A stretch of DNA of 63,081 bases, the filler included, from Deltaproteobacteria bacterium (GTDB lineage: Bacteria > JAUYMQ01): the NCBI GenBank assembly GCA_030698575.1. It is 9 parts of 9 records of this genome, joined end to end, with 100 filler letters (N's around TTAATTAATTAA, not from the genome) between each part and the next. Parts side by side here need not be neighbours in the genome. Positions count along the whole stretch, not along the records: positions 17,321 to 30,375 come from JAUYMQ010000055.1; positions 30,476 to 33,971 come from JAUYMQ010000214.1; positions 34,072 to 39,376 come from JAUYMQ010000083.1; 6 more parts are not named here. One strand, 5' to 3'. The first letter of the stretch is position 1, and every line of letters starts with the position of its first letter. A program made the translations under genes and the position numbers. The notes below the pieces were generated by a model. The model had not been told where the DNA came from and did no database searches. It saw nothing but the letters and a program-made list of their open reading frames with translations. This document shows, piece by piece, positions 29,196 through 39,476 of the stretch.

Positions 29196-29399
29196 ATGGA
29201 CGTGCACGAGTACGATGGAGTGCGCCGAGTCACCTACGAGGGCGGCGCGCAGTTCGTCCCTGTCTGCAAGCGGTGCGGGAGGTTTGTCGTGGCAGACGAC
29301 TCGATCATGTCGAACGGCGCGGGCGTGAAGAACGAGCCGAACTCGACCTGTCGGCGTTGTGAGCGCACCTATATGGTCTTCGAAGGGTTCGTGGGGTAG
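29196..29399 (+). CDS. Small Zn-ribbon hypothetical protein
   Basis: CKRC...CRRC; RBS GGAGG. Confidence 0.65.
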   Translation: MDVHEYDGVRRVTYEGGAQFVPVCKRCGRFVVADDSIMSNGAGVKNEPNSTCRRCERTYMVFEGFVG

Positions 29400-29403
29400 C
29401 GAG

Positions 29404-29670
29404 ATGGGAGATGACGAGATGGCCAGTCTCACCGAAGACAAGGGCCTACTCTACGGCCGCATCTACACGCTGCTGCGCACCTACCGATGCCAGAACACCA
29501 TAGACGAGGACGGCAACCCGCTGGAGCTGGTGGACGTGCTGACGCCGGAGGGGTCGGGGAGCATCGCGCCGGGGGAAGAGGAGATCGAGCTGCTGGCGGA
29601 TGCGCTGTGGACGGATGTCGTTGCGGAGATCGGGGCGGCCGGGAAAGGAGCACCCCCATGCCCGAAATAG
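29404..29670 (+). CDS. Phage hypothetical protein
   Basis: Acidic ORF that overlaps the next start. Confidence 0.55.
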   Translation: MGDDEMASLTEDKGLLYGRIYTLLRTYRCQNTIDEDGNPLELVDVLTPEGSGSIAPGEEEIELLADALWTDVVAEIGAAGKGAPPCPK

Positions 29671-30375
29671 CTGCGGGAGCCCCGCAGACCGCGCCTGAGC
29701 TGAGCCCCGGCAAGAGTCCGGCTCGGGTGACGGCAGAGGCCCCCGCAAGAGAACAGGGTTCACCGAACGGGCACATCGCCCTTCCGTATGGCGAGTTCCT
29801 GGCGAGCAAGCGGATTGCAAGCCGCGATGCGGGTCTATCCGTTGATCCCGGTGCGCTCCACCCGCTGCTTCATCCGTTCCAACGCCACATCACCGACTGG
29901 GCGCTCCGCAAGGGGAAGGCGGCGGTGTTCGCCGATTGCGGTTTGGGCAAATCGCCGATTCAGCTACAGTGGGCGCAGCAAGTGCACGAGCACAGCGGCC
30001 GCGACGTGCTGATCCTCGCCCCCCTCGCGGTCAGCAAGCAGACCGTGCGCGAGGGCGTCAAGTTCGACGTTCCGGTCAACATCTGCAGGCGCCAGGAGGA
30101 TGTCCGCCCTGGCGTCAACATCGCCAACTACGAGATGCTGCAGCACTTCGACCCGGCTGAGTTCGGCGGCATCGTCCTGGACGAGTCCAGCTGCCTTAAA
30201 AGTTACTCTTCCGTCTACCGCCAGCAGATAACGGAGTTTGCCTCCTCTCTTCCCTCTCGGCTCGCCTGCACCGCGACCCCAGCCCCGAATGACCTGATCG
30301 AGCTGATCAACCATGCCGAGTTCCTGAGCGTGATGCAGGGCAAAGAGATCATCGCCCTCTTCTTCACGCAGGACG
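29658..30375 (+). CDS. SNF2-like helicase domain of the kind often fused to phage DNA methylases, 3' truncated
   Basis: LHPFQ, FADCGLGKS, NYEML, LDESS and TATPAPND motifs. Confidence 0.85.
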
Positions 30376-30475
30376 NNNNNNNNNNNNNNNNNNNNNNNNN
30401 NNNNNNNNNNNNNNNNNNNTTAATTAATTAANNNNNNNNNNNNNNNNNNNNNNNNNNNNNNNNNNNNNNNNNNNN

Positions 30476-31219
<744 letters not shown>

Positions 31220-31253
31220 CCCCGAGGGGGGGTCGCGAAGCGCGTTCCCCGGG

Positions 31254-31285
31254 GTCATTGCGAGGAGCGCAGCGACGAAGCAAAC
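31254..31285 (+). repeat. REP-like palindromic element, left half
   Basis: GTCATTGCGAGGAGCGCAGCGACGAAGCAAAC; complementary half at 36929-36966. Confidence 0.65.
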
Positions 31286-31308
31286 CCGCTCGCTAGGAGA
31301 ACCCCCCA

Positions 31309-32961
31309 ATCGAAGCCACGCTTCTCATCCAGGGCGCCCTCGTCGCCGACGGTTCCGGCGGTGATCCCTTCCGCGCGGACGTCGCCGTGGACGGCGATCG
31401 CATCACGGCCGTTGTTCGTTCGACCGATGATTCCGGGACGAAGGCCATCACGGCCGGCGAGACCATCGATGGGCGCGGAAAGGTAGTCGCGCCGGGCTTC
31501 ATCGACCTCCACTCGCACTCCGACTGGGTCCTCCCCGACCCCCACCACGGCCCCGTGCTCAAGCCGCTCCTCGAGCAGGGGATCACGACCCTCGTCACTG
31601 GAAACTGCGGCTTCTCGCCGGCGCCCATCAACCCGGCGCACCGCGACCTCATCGACGAATCAAGCGACATGCTCCGTGAGGATCGGCTCGACTGGCGCTG
31701 GTCGGGCGTGGCGGAGTTCCTTGATCATCTCGAGAAGAGCGACCTTCAGTTCAATGTGGCGCATCTTGCAGGGCACGGAACGATCCGGCTCTCATCCATG
31801 GAGCGCCCCATGGGGCCCGCGTCGGAAGCCGACGTTCGCGCCATGCAGGAGGTGGTTCGGACAGCGCTCGACGAGGGAGCCGTGGGGCTCTCGACGGGCC
31901 TCGGCTACCCGCCCGGGATGTTCTCGAAGCTCGACGAGCTGACCGCGCTCGCGTCGGTGGCCGCCGAGAAGGGGCGGATCTTCACGTCGCACCTCAAGGC
32001 CTACTCCTGGATCTCGCCGTTCTACCCCGCAAACCCGATCCGCTGGGTCGATCACAACATTCGCGCTGTCCGCGACATCCTCGAAGTGGCGCGGCGAAGC
32101 AACGCGCGCCTCCAGATCTCGCACCTGATCTTCGTCGGGCCGCGCACTTGGCCGAGCTGCGTCACGGTCATCGGCGAGATCGAGGCGGCCGAGGCCCAGG
32201 GAATCGACGTGGCCTTCGACTGCTTTCCCTACACGGGCGGCAACACGACCATCCGCGTGATCTACCCGGCCTCGTTGCAGGAAAACCTCGTCGCCGCCCT
32301 CGACCGCCGCAGCGTGCGGGCCCGGCTGCGCATGGAATTTGCAGTGCTTCGCCGCGTGCTCGGATTCGACTTCGGGCACATCCAGCTGCTCTGGGCCGCG
32401 AACGACGACTACGCGCGATACGAGGGAATGCGCTTCGATCGAATCGCCGCCGACATGGGCGTCGACCCCTACGAGGCCTACTTCCGCATGACGCGCGTCA
32501 GCAACGCGCGCGCCCGCGTGATGCTCCACACCTACAGCGGCGACGCCCAGGACAACGGGCCGCTCCGCCGCGTCATCGCGCACCGCCTGAACCTCTTCGA
32601 GACCGACACCATCCTCGTCTCCCGCGGCAAGCACAACCCGGCGAGCTTCGGCACCTTCCCGAAGGTGCTCGGCAAGTTCGTGCGGGAAGAGAAGCTGCTG
32701 TCGCTCGGCGAAGCGGTGCGAAAGATGACCGGTGCATCCGCCGACCGGCTTGGGCTGCGGGACCGCGGAAGAATTCAGGAGGGGCAAGCGGCGGATCTCG
32801 TGATCTTCGATCCCGAAACCGTGGGTTGCGCGGCGGACTTCGACAAGCCCGATGTGGCGCCCACCGGCATCGACCACGTCGTGCTCAACGGCCGGGTCGT
32901 CGTTTCCAGCGGCAAGTGGAAGGGCAACTCCGCCGGCCGCGTCCTCAGAGAATTCGGCTGA
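31309..32961 (+). CDS. N-acyl-D-amino-acid deacylase (amidohydrolase)
   Basis: APGFIDLHSHSD, GITTLVTGNCG and GQAADLVIFD; homology-like sequence starts at an ATC codon at 31309. Confidence 0.9.
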   Translation: MEATLLIQGALVADGSGGDPFRADVAVDGDRITAVVRSTDDSGTKAITAGETIDGRGKVVAPGFIDLHSHSDWVLPDPHHGPVLKPLLEQGITTLVTGNCGFSPAPINPAHRDLIDESSDMLREDRLDWRWSGVAEFLDHLEKSDLQFNVAHLAGHGTIRLSSMERPMGPASEADVRAMQEVVRTALDEGAVGLSTGLGYPPGMFSKLDELTALASVAAEKGRIFTSHLKAYSWISPFYPANPIRWVDHNIRAVRDILEVARRSNARLQISHLIFVGPRTWPSCVTVIGEIEAAEAQGIDVAFDCFPYTGGNTTIRVIYPASLQENLVAALDRRSVRARLRMEFAVLRRVLGFDFGHIQLLWAANDDYARYEGMRFDRIAADMGVDPYEAYFRMTRVSNARARVMLHTYSGDAQDNGPLRRVIAHRLNLFETDTILVSRGKHNPASFGTFPKVLGKFVREEKLLSLGEAVRKMTGASADRLGLRDRGRIQEGQAADLVIFDPETVGCAADFDKPDVAPTGIDHVVLNGRVVVSSGKWKGNSAGRVLREFG

Positions 32962-33017
32962 TTCGGCGCAAATGGGCTAAACTCCGCCTGCGGAAGTGAT
33001 TCAGACGGGAGCTTTTC

Positions 33018-33971
33018 ATGGATGTCATCACACACGGCGTATCCGGCGCGCTGCTGGCCCGCGGGCTCTTCGAGGGCCCGGCGCGGGAAGCCGCCATGCT
33101 GGCGCTCACCACCGGCGCGCTCTTCCCCGACTTCGATATCGTGCTGCTGGCCAAAGGGCGCTTCGCCTATCTCACGGGACACCGCGGCATCACGCACTCG
33201 GCCGCGGGCATCCCCCTCTTTGCGCCCCTCGTCGCCGCCCTCCTCCACGCCGTCGGGCCGGAGGCGAGTTACGCCTTTTACCTCGGGCTGGTCGTGCTCG
33301 GCATGGGCCTCCACGTCCTCTTCGATCTCAACACGAGCTGGGGGACGATGATCCTCGCCCCCTTCTCGAAGCGGAAGTTCTACTGGTCCTGGATCTCCTT
33401 CCGAAATTATCCCTTCGTCTTCACGCTCTGGGGCACGCTGGTCCTGTCTTTCTTCCTCGAACCGCGCACAAGTCAGCTTGTGTGTGCTACGGCAATGATC
33501 TTCGCGCTCGCGATGATCGCAGTGGCCGGCGTCTCGCAGGGTGTCGCCAAGAGGCGCTTCCGCGAGGCGCTCGCTGCGAAGGGCATCGAGGCAACCAAGC
33601 TCGAGGGGTTTCCGCAGGGAGGGCGGATCTTCACCTGGTCGATCTTCGCCGAGAGCGCCAACGCCTTCCATCACGGCACAGTCGCCGTCGCTTCGAAAGC
33701 GCCCATCTTTTTCAATGAAATGCCCAAGCCCGAGGGGAACGACTTCATCGAGGCGGCCCGGCAGGTGCCGGCCATCGGATTCTACTTCGATGTGACGAGC
33801 TTCGTGCAGGGGCACTACGTGCGCGAGGGCGAGCGGCACGTGGTGACCTTCTCGAACGCCCGCTTCGCCTTCGGCGGACGCCCCACGCGCGGCATGTCGC
33901 CCGGCGAGGGCGCGCGCGTGGTCTTCGACGAAGCCCGCTCGGTGATCGATGCGGTGATCTACGGCATCCCC
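33018..33971 (+). CDS. Membrane metal-dependent hydrolase (YdjM/DUF457-like), 3' truncated
   Basis: MDVITHG, PDFD, HRGITHS and HVLFD motifs. Confidence 0.85.
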
Positions 33972-34071
33972 NNNNNNNNNNNNNNNNNNNNNNNNNNNNN
34001 NNNNNNNNNNNNNNNTTAATTAATTAANNNNNNNNNNNNNNNNNNNNNNNNNNNNNNNNNNNNNNNNNNNN

Positions 34072-34429
34072 TGAAGACCTCAATGGCGCCGTCACCCTCG
34101 ACGGCGGCGGGATCATCAAGCGACCAGTGCAGCCGCTCGACGCGGCCCGGGAGCAGGGGACATCGCTCGCTGGCGTCGTCGCAGAGCGTGACGACCATAT
34201 CGGAAGCGGCCGCGTCGGCCACGTGAAAGGTCTTCGGGGTCTGCATCGCGATGTCGATCCCCTTCTCGGCCAGCACCTTCGGCGTGAGGGGATGAATGCC
34301 CTTGGGTTCGAGTCCGCCGCTGGTTACTTCGAGGAGTTCGCCCCCGAGCGCGCGCGCAAAGGCCTCAGCCATCTGGCTGCGCGCGGAGTTTCCCGTGCAG
34401 ATAAATAGAATGCGTTTCTTGCGTGCCAT
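34072..34429 (-). CDS. arsC: Arsenate reductase/LMW phosphatase family, 3' truncated
   Basis: CTGNSARSQMAE, TLCDDASERCP and HWSLDDP motifs. Confidence 0.88.
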
Positions 34430-34622
34430 GTGTCTCCCCCGCGGGCCGGTTGGATGGGTCCGGCGCGCCGCCGATCACCGGGGTCCGACGGCTGCCGGGC
34501 GAATTATAGCACTTCCGGTGCAATGCCGGCTTTTCTTGACGCTCGGGATCGCCGGTGATAGGGTCCGCCGAGGACCTGCCGCCGAGCGCGCGATCGATCG
34601 CGCCACCCCCATTTACACAACT

Positions 34623-35792
34623 ATGCGTATAACGTTCCTTGAGACGACGCTCGAAGAGGGGAAGGGCATCCCCAACCGGGCGGTAGCACTGGCGGGAGGG
34701 CTGGCCTCTCTCGGCCACGACGTCACCCTGCTGTCCTTCCGCACCGACCGGGCCGATCTTCCCGCCGGCGTTCGCGTCCGGCGCGTGCCCGCTCTGGGCG
34801 CCGTTCCCCTCCCCTTCCGCCTCGCCAACGCCTCCGCCCCGCCGCTGCACGCGGCGGCCGGCTTCTTCATCCAGCGCGCCCTCGCCTCACTTGCCCCGGA
34901 CATCGTCTGCGTCGACTACCCGCCGCTCGATCGGCATGCGCTCGAGGCGCGTGGCGGGCGCGCTTACAAGGTGGCCTACACCTATCACGGCGTCGCGAAC
35001 CCGGCCCACTACGAGGGCGCCGCCCGGGAGGCCCGCGTGCGCACGCGCGCGACCATTTACCGGAACGTCCGGGAGGCCGATCTCGTGCTGAGCGTCAGCC
35101 GCTTCTGCGCCGGCGAACTCGAAGCCGAGGGGGTCAGTTCCGTGCTGCTCCCGAACGGCGTCGACACGAAGGTGTTCGCGCCGGGACGCCGCATTGCGGC
35201 GCTTCACGGCGGCGGTCCCCTGCTGCTCTACATCGGGCGCTATACCGAGCACAAGGGGGTTCTCGATCTGCTGCGCGCTTTTGCGATCGCGCGCGAGAAG
35301 ATCCCGGGCGCGACGCTCCTCTGCTTCGCCCGCCACGAGAGCCCGGCCTACGTGGCGCGGCTTCGTTCCTTCATCGACGAGGCGGGGCTGGCGCAGAGCG
35401 CACATCTTTTCCGGGACGTTTACGGCGAGATCGTCCCCGCGCTCTACGCGACCGCCGACGTTTTCGTGTCGGGGGCGCTCGACGAAACTTTCGGCATGAC
35501 CTTCGTGGAAGCCGCGGCCTGCGGCACGCCTTCCGTCGCCTACGATTCGCAGAGCATCCCCGAGGTCGTCCTCGACGGCCGGACGGGGCTCCTGGCGCCA
35601 CCCGGCGACGTGGAAGGACTCGCCGCGCGCATGGTGGAGCTGGCGGGCGACGAGTCGCGGCGCCGTACGATGGGAGAGGCCGCGCTGAAGCACGCCCTCA
35701 ACTTCTCCTGGGATCTTCTCGCGACGCGCTTCGAGGCGTGCCTCGAAACGCTTGTCACCCCTGCCCGCCGCGCGAAGGAGCCCGCCCCATGA
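34623..35792 (+). CDS. GT4 glycosyltransferase
   Basis: PNGVD, GRYTEHKG and ETFGMTFVEAAACG motifs. Confidence 0.9.
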   Translation: MRITFLETTLEEGKGIPNRAVALAGGLASLGHDVTLLSFRTDRADLPAGVRVRRVPALGAVPLPFRLANASAPPLHAAAGFFIQRALASLAPDIVCVDYPPLDRHALEARGGRAYKVAYTYHGVANPAHYEGAAREARVRTRATIYRNVREADLVLSVSRFCAGELEAEGVSSVLLPNGVDTKVFAPGRRIAALHGGGPLLLYIGRYTEHKGVLDLLRAFAIAREKIPGATLLCFARHESPAYVARLRSFIDEAGLAQSAHLFRDVYGEIVPALYATADVFVSGALDETFGMTFVEAAACGTPSVAYDSQSIPEVVLDGRTGLLAPPGDVEGLAARMVELAGDESRRRTMGEAALKHALNFSWDLLATRFEACLETLVTPARRAKEPAP

Positions 35793-36895
35793 AGCTCGGC
35801 GTCGTCCCGGCCCAGCTCCCTCCCGATCCCGGCGGGCTCGGAGAGACCGTCTGGGCGAAGCACCACTGGCTGCGGGCGCGGGGCGTCGACGCGCGCATCG
35901 TCACCTACACGCCCCGGCCCACCGACGACGAGCACGACTTCGATCTGTTCGGGCCCGAGATCACGCGCTTCCATCCCGAAGCGCGCGTTGGGGGCTCTCC
36001 GCTGGCGCGGCTGCGCGAGGTGCGGGCGATGGCGCGGCTGATGCAGGAGAAGCTCGCCGACTGCGACGTGATCGAAGTGCAGGGGTGGACCCTCTGGGCC
36101 ACGGCGCTGGCACTCTTCCCCGGCGCGCTCGCCCGCAAACCCTGGGTGCTCGTCTTCCGGGGGACCGACGGCTGGGGGTACCACCCGCGCCGCTTCCTCG
36201 ATCTCAAGCGCCGCATGAACCGCCGCGCCCACACGATAGCCAACAGCGCGGGGCTGGCCGCGCACCTGCGGCGCCTCGGGCTCCAGGTGGAGGGGCACAT
36301 CTGGAGCGAGGCCGATCCGGCGATCTTCGCCCCGCCCGCCACACCGGCCGAGCCCGGCCGGACCATCGCGGTGAAGGGCCTCTATCCGCCCGGTGATCCC
36401 GCGACGCTCATCCGCGCGCTGGGCATCCTGAAGGAACTCAACATTCCCTTCCGGCACGAGCACCTCGGCCTGGGGCCGTTGCAGGCGCCCATGGAGGAGC
36501 TGTGCGCAGCGCTCGGGATCGAGGACCGCGTGTTATTCATGGGCCAGGTGCCCCACCGCGAGGTGCCCGCGCACCTCGCCCGCGCCGCAGTAATGGTGCT
36601 GTCGAGCCGCCTCGAGTCGTGCCCGCACGTGATCGGTGAGGCGATGATGATGGGACTGCCCGTGGTCGCCACGGCGACGACCGGCGCCGCGGAGCTGATC
36701 CGCGATGGCGACACCGGATTCCTCGCCCGGGTGGGCGACCCGGAGGATCTCGCCGCCAAGATCGCGCAGGCGCTCGGCGACCCCGAGGGCGCGCGCGCGA
36801 TGGGGCTTCGGGCGCGGGCCTGGGCGCTCGAAAACCTCCACGTCGACGTCGTCTTCGAGAAGTACCTCGATCTCTACCGCCGCCTCGCCGGCTGA
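35789..36895 (+). CDS. GT4 glycosyltransferase
   Basis: ESCPHVIGEAMMMGLPVVAT motif. Confidence 0.88.
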   Translation: MKLGVVPAQLPPDPGGLGETVWAKHHWLRARGVDARIVTYTPRPTDDEHDFDLFGPEITRFHPEARVGGSPLARLREVRAMARLMQEKLADCDVIEVQGWTLWATALALFPGALARKPWVLVFRGTDGWGYHPRRFLDLKRRMNRRAHTIANSAGLAAHLRRLGLQVEGHIWSEADPAIFAPPATPAEPGRTIAVKGLYPPGDPATLIRALGILKELNIPFRHEHLGLGPLQAPMEELCAALGIEDRVLFMGQVPHREVPAHLARAAVMVLSSRLESCPHVIGEAMMMGLPVVATATTGAAELIRDGDTGFLARVGDPEDLAAKIAQALGDPEGARAMGLRARAWALENLHVDVVFEKYLDLYRRLAG

Positions 36896-36928
36896 CCCGG
36901 CGGGCAAGGGCCGCCAAGCCGCCCGGGG

Positions 36929-36966
36929 GATTGCTTCGTCGGGCCTGCGGCCCTCCTCGCAATGAC
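36929..36966 (+). repeat. REP-like palindromic element, right half
   Basis: GATTGCTTCGTCG...CTCCTCGCAATGAC. Confidence 0.65.
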
Positions 36967-37005
36967 ATGCGGGGCGCCTCCCGGTGACATGCGGGGCATC
37001 GTGTG

Positions 37006-37033
37006 TTGACGCTCCCCCGGTGCAACCTATAAT
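37006..37033 (+). promoter_or_regulatory. Sigma70 promoter
   Basis: TTGACG-16 nt-TATAAT, 21 nt before the ATG. Confidence 0.7.
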
Positions 37034-37054
37034 GGTGCGCGCCGGGGGAATTTC

Positions 37055-38716
37055 ATGTCTGGATCAACTGACAACAAGCAGACCAAGGCCCTGATCTTCG
37101 GGATCGACGGGGGCACGTGGTCGCTGCTCGATCACTACATGGCGGCCGGGCACATGCCGGCACTCCAGCGCCTGGTCGGCGAGGGCGTGCGCGGGCCGCT
37201 GCGCTCGACCGTGCCGCCGCTCACGTCGGCGGCCTGGACGAGCTTCCAGACCGGCAAGACGCCCGGCAAGCACGGCGTGCTGGGCTTCTCGCTCCCCTCC
37301 GTCACTCGCGGCTTCGTGAACTCCACCAGCATCCAGGGAAAGACCCTCTGGCAGCACCTCTCCGACTTCGGGATGAGCGTGGGCGTCGTGAACTGCCCGG
37401 TCACCTACCCCCCCTACACGGTGAACGGCTTCATGATCACCTGCCTGCTCACCCCGCCGGGCGCCACGAACTTCACCTACCCGCCGGAGCTGGCGGGCGA
37501 GCTGCCGGGCTACCGCATTGATGTGCGCATCCAGAACAACCCCTACGGATTCCTGCGGGCCGATCAGAAGGTCGATGCGGAAAGCTTCTGGAAGGATCTG
37601 GCGGAGGTCACCGAGCGCCGGACCGAGGCCGGGCTCCGGCTCCTGCGCGAGCGGCGGCCCGACGTCTTCATGATCGCCTATACGGGGATGGACCGCATCT
37701 CGCATCTCTACTGGACCACGATCGATCCCAACGCGCCCGGTTTCGACGAGGGTCACCCTCACGTGCGCGAGACGGTGAAGTATCTCCGCTCGCTCGACGA
37801 GGCGATCGCGGGGTTCGCCGAGGCCGCGCCGGGGGCGCCGATCTTCTTCGCGTCGGATCACGGCTTCCGCGCGCACCCCACGCTCAAGTTCCACATGAAC
37901 GTGTTCCTCATGCAGCTCGGCCTCATGCAGACGACCTCCGAGAAGGGCGTGGCCGCGTCGCAGAGCCTCCTGCGGCACCTGGTTCCGGAGCCGCTGGCGC
38001 GCCGGCTCAAGACGCTGCTGAAGCGCATGGCCCCCGAGCGGGCGCAGCAGCTCAAGGCCGCCATCGCAACGCCCATCGACTGGAAGCGCACCGAGGCCTT
38101 CGGCGTGCAGATGTACGCGCCCTACGGCGGCGTCCGCATGAATCTCAGCGGGCGCGAGCCCAACGGGATCGTCCAGCCCGGCGCCGCCTACGAGGCGGCG
38201 CGCGATCGCATCATCGCGGGGCTCGGCAAGGTGCGTGACGATCGCGACCGGCCGGTCATCAAGGAAGCCTGGCGGCGGGAGGATTTGTTTCCGGGCGGCG
38301 TGGTCGAGCAGGTGCCCGACGTGATCTTCGAGGTCCACGACGCCTTCATACCGTCGAACTACTTCTTCGACCGCGCCGAGGTGGTCACGTCGCTCGAGGT
38401 CGGGAACCTGACCGGCATCCACGCGATGGACGGCATATTCCTGGCGGTGGGCCCCGGGCTCAGGCGCGGGGCGCGGCTGGAGGGGGCCTCGATCACCGAC
38501 CTGGCGCCGACCGTGCTGTACGCGCTGGGCAAGCCGGTGCCGAGCGACATGGACGGCAAGGTGCTGCTCGGCGCTTTCACCGACGAGCACGCGGCGGCGC
38601 ATCGCGTGGAGCGCATCGATGTCGACGGCAGCGGGGCGCGGGAGGCCTACGCTTATTCGGCGGAGGAGCAGGAAGTCATCGAGGAGCGCTTGCGCGCGCT
38701 GGGCTACTTCGACTGA
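37055..38716 (+). CDS. Alkaline phosphatase superfamily/type I phosphodiesterase-like protein
   Basis: GIDGGT, PPLTSAAWTSFQTG, SDHGF, and C-terminal ERLRALGY. Confidence 0.88.
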   Translation: MSGSTDNKQTKALIFGIDGGTWSLLDHYMAAGHMPALQRLVGEGVRGPLRSTVPPLTSAAWTSFQTGKTPGKHGVLGFSLPSVTRGFVNSTSIQGKTLWQHLSDFGMSVGVVNCPVTYPPYTVNGFMITCLLTPPGATNFTYPPELAGELPGYRIDVRIQNNPYGFLRADQKVDAESFWKDLAEVTERRTEAGLRLLRERRPDVFMIAYTGMDRISHLYWTTIDPNAPGFDEGHPHVRETVKYLRSLDEAIAGFAEAAPGAPIFFASDHGFRAHPTLKFHMNVFLMQLGLMQTTSEKGVAASQSLLRHLVPEPLARRLKTLLKRMAPERAQQLKAAIATPIDWKRTEAFGVQMYAPYGGVRMNLSGREPNGIVQPGAAYEAARDRIIAGLGKVRDDRDRPVIKEAWRREDLFPGGVVEQVPDVIFEVHDAFIPSNYFFDRAEVVTSLEVGNLTGIHAMDGIFLAVGPGLRRGARLEGASITDLAPTVLYALGKPVPSDMDGKVLLGAFTDEHAAAHRVERIDVDGSGAREAYAYSAEEQEVIEERLRALGYFD

Positions 38717-38745
38717 CAGGGAATCCGGTTCGGCCACGAATCAAT

Positions 38746-38771
38746 AAGCCCGCGTCGCCGACGCGGGCTTT
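38746..38771. terminator. Probable bidirectional terminator
   Basis: AAGCCCGCGTCG-C-CGACGCGGGCTTT between convergent genes. Confidence 0.7.
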
Positions 38772-38794
38772 GCTGCTTTGCAGGGCGCGGAAGC

Positions 38795-39376
38795 TCAGGC
38801 TTCCGGTGCGACGGGGGTTACCCAGCAGACGACGAACTCGCAGTGGGGATCGCCCTTGCAGCAGCACTTCGTCTCGCTGACCTTCACCTGCGTGCCGCCC
38901 CAGATCTCGATCGCCTCCTCGATCCAGCCAAGCAGCCCGCTGCAAATCACGCGATGGGGCAATGCGAAATCGAACACCCGCGCAACGGCCGATTCCTCTC
39001 CCTTCGATTCGATCTCGATCCGCCCGGAGTCGTAGTACTGCTGGAAGATAATGGGCGCCATCTTGAGGACGAAGCCCGGGTCGTTCTGCCTCACGAAGCT
39101 CTGCTGCACGCCTCCCGCCAGCGCCACGCGCGCCGTGAAGCCGCCGATCTTGCGCATCAGCTCGAAATCTCCCTTCCCGAAGATTTCGTCGATGGCCACC
39201 AGAATCTCGATGGCCTTGTCGAGGGGGTACCAGGTCGAAACGAGCACGCCGTCGCGGATCGTGTCCTGTCCCTCCGGCGGGAGCGACTCGATCAGGAGTT
39301 GCAGTCCCTTCTCGCCGTAGAACTGCTTCACGTAGTCCAGGCGCGACTTGAGCACGAGTCCCTTGATGTGTGCAGC
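38795..39376 (-). CDS. DUF2378/TIGR02265-like protein with V4R-like C-terminus, 5' truncated
   Basis: IKGLVLKSR, STWYP, QQYYDSG and CCCKGDPHCEF motifs. Confidence 0.7.
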   Translation of the reverse strand, partial: AAHIKGLVLKSRLDYVKQFYGEKGLQLLIESLPPEGQDTIRDGVLVSTWYPLDKAIEILVAIDEIFGKGDFELMRKIGGFTARVALAGGVQQSFVRQNDPGFVLKMAPIIFQQYYDSGRIEIESKGEESAVARVFDFALPHRVICSGLLGWIEEAIEIWGGTQVKVSETKCCCKGDPHCEFVVCWVTPVAPEA

Positions 39377-39476
39377 NNNNNNNNNNNNNNNNNNNNNNNN
39401 NNNNNNNNNNNNNNNNNNNNTTAATTAATTAANNNNNNNNNNNNNNNNNNNNNNNNNNNNNNNNNNNNNNNNNNNN

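Larger units (their letters stand above)
17321..30375 (+). mobile_element. Phage/prophage replication and accessory module
   Basis: All genes on the + strand; ATPase-AAA_24-SSB-helicase-primase-RusA order, tRNA, HNH, many small ORFs. Confidence 0.9.
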
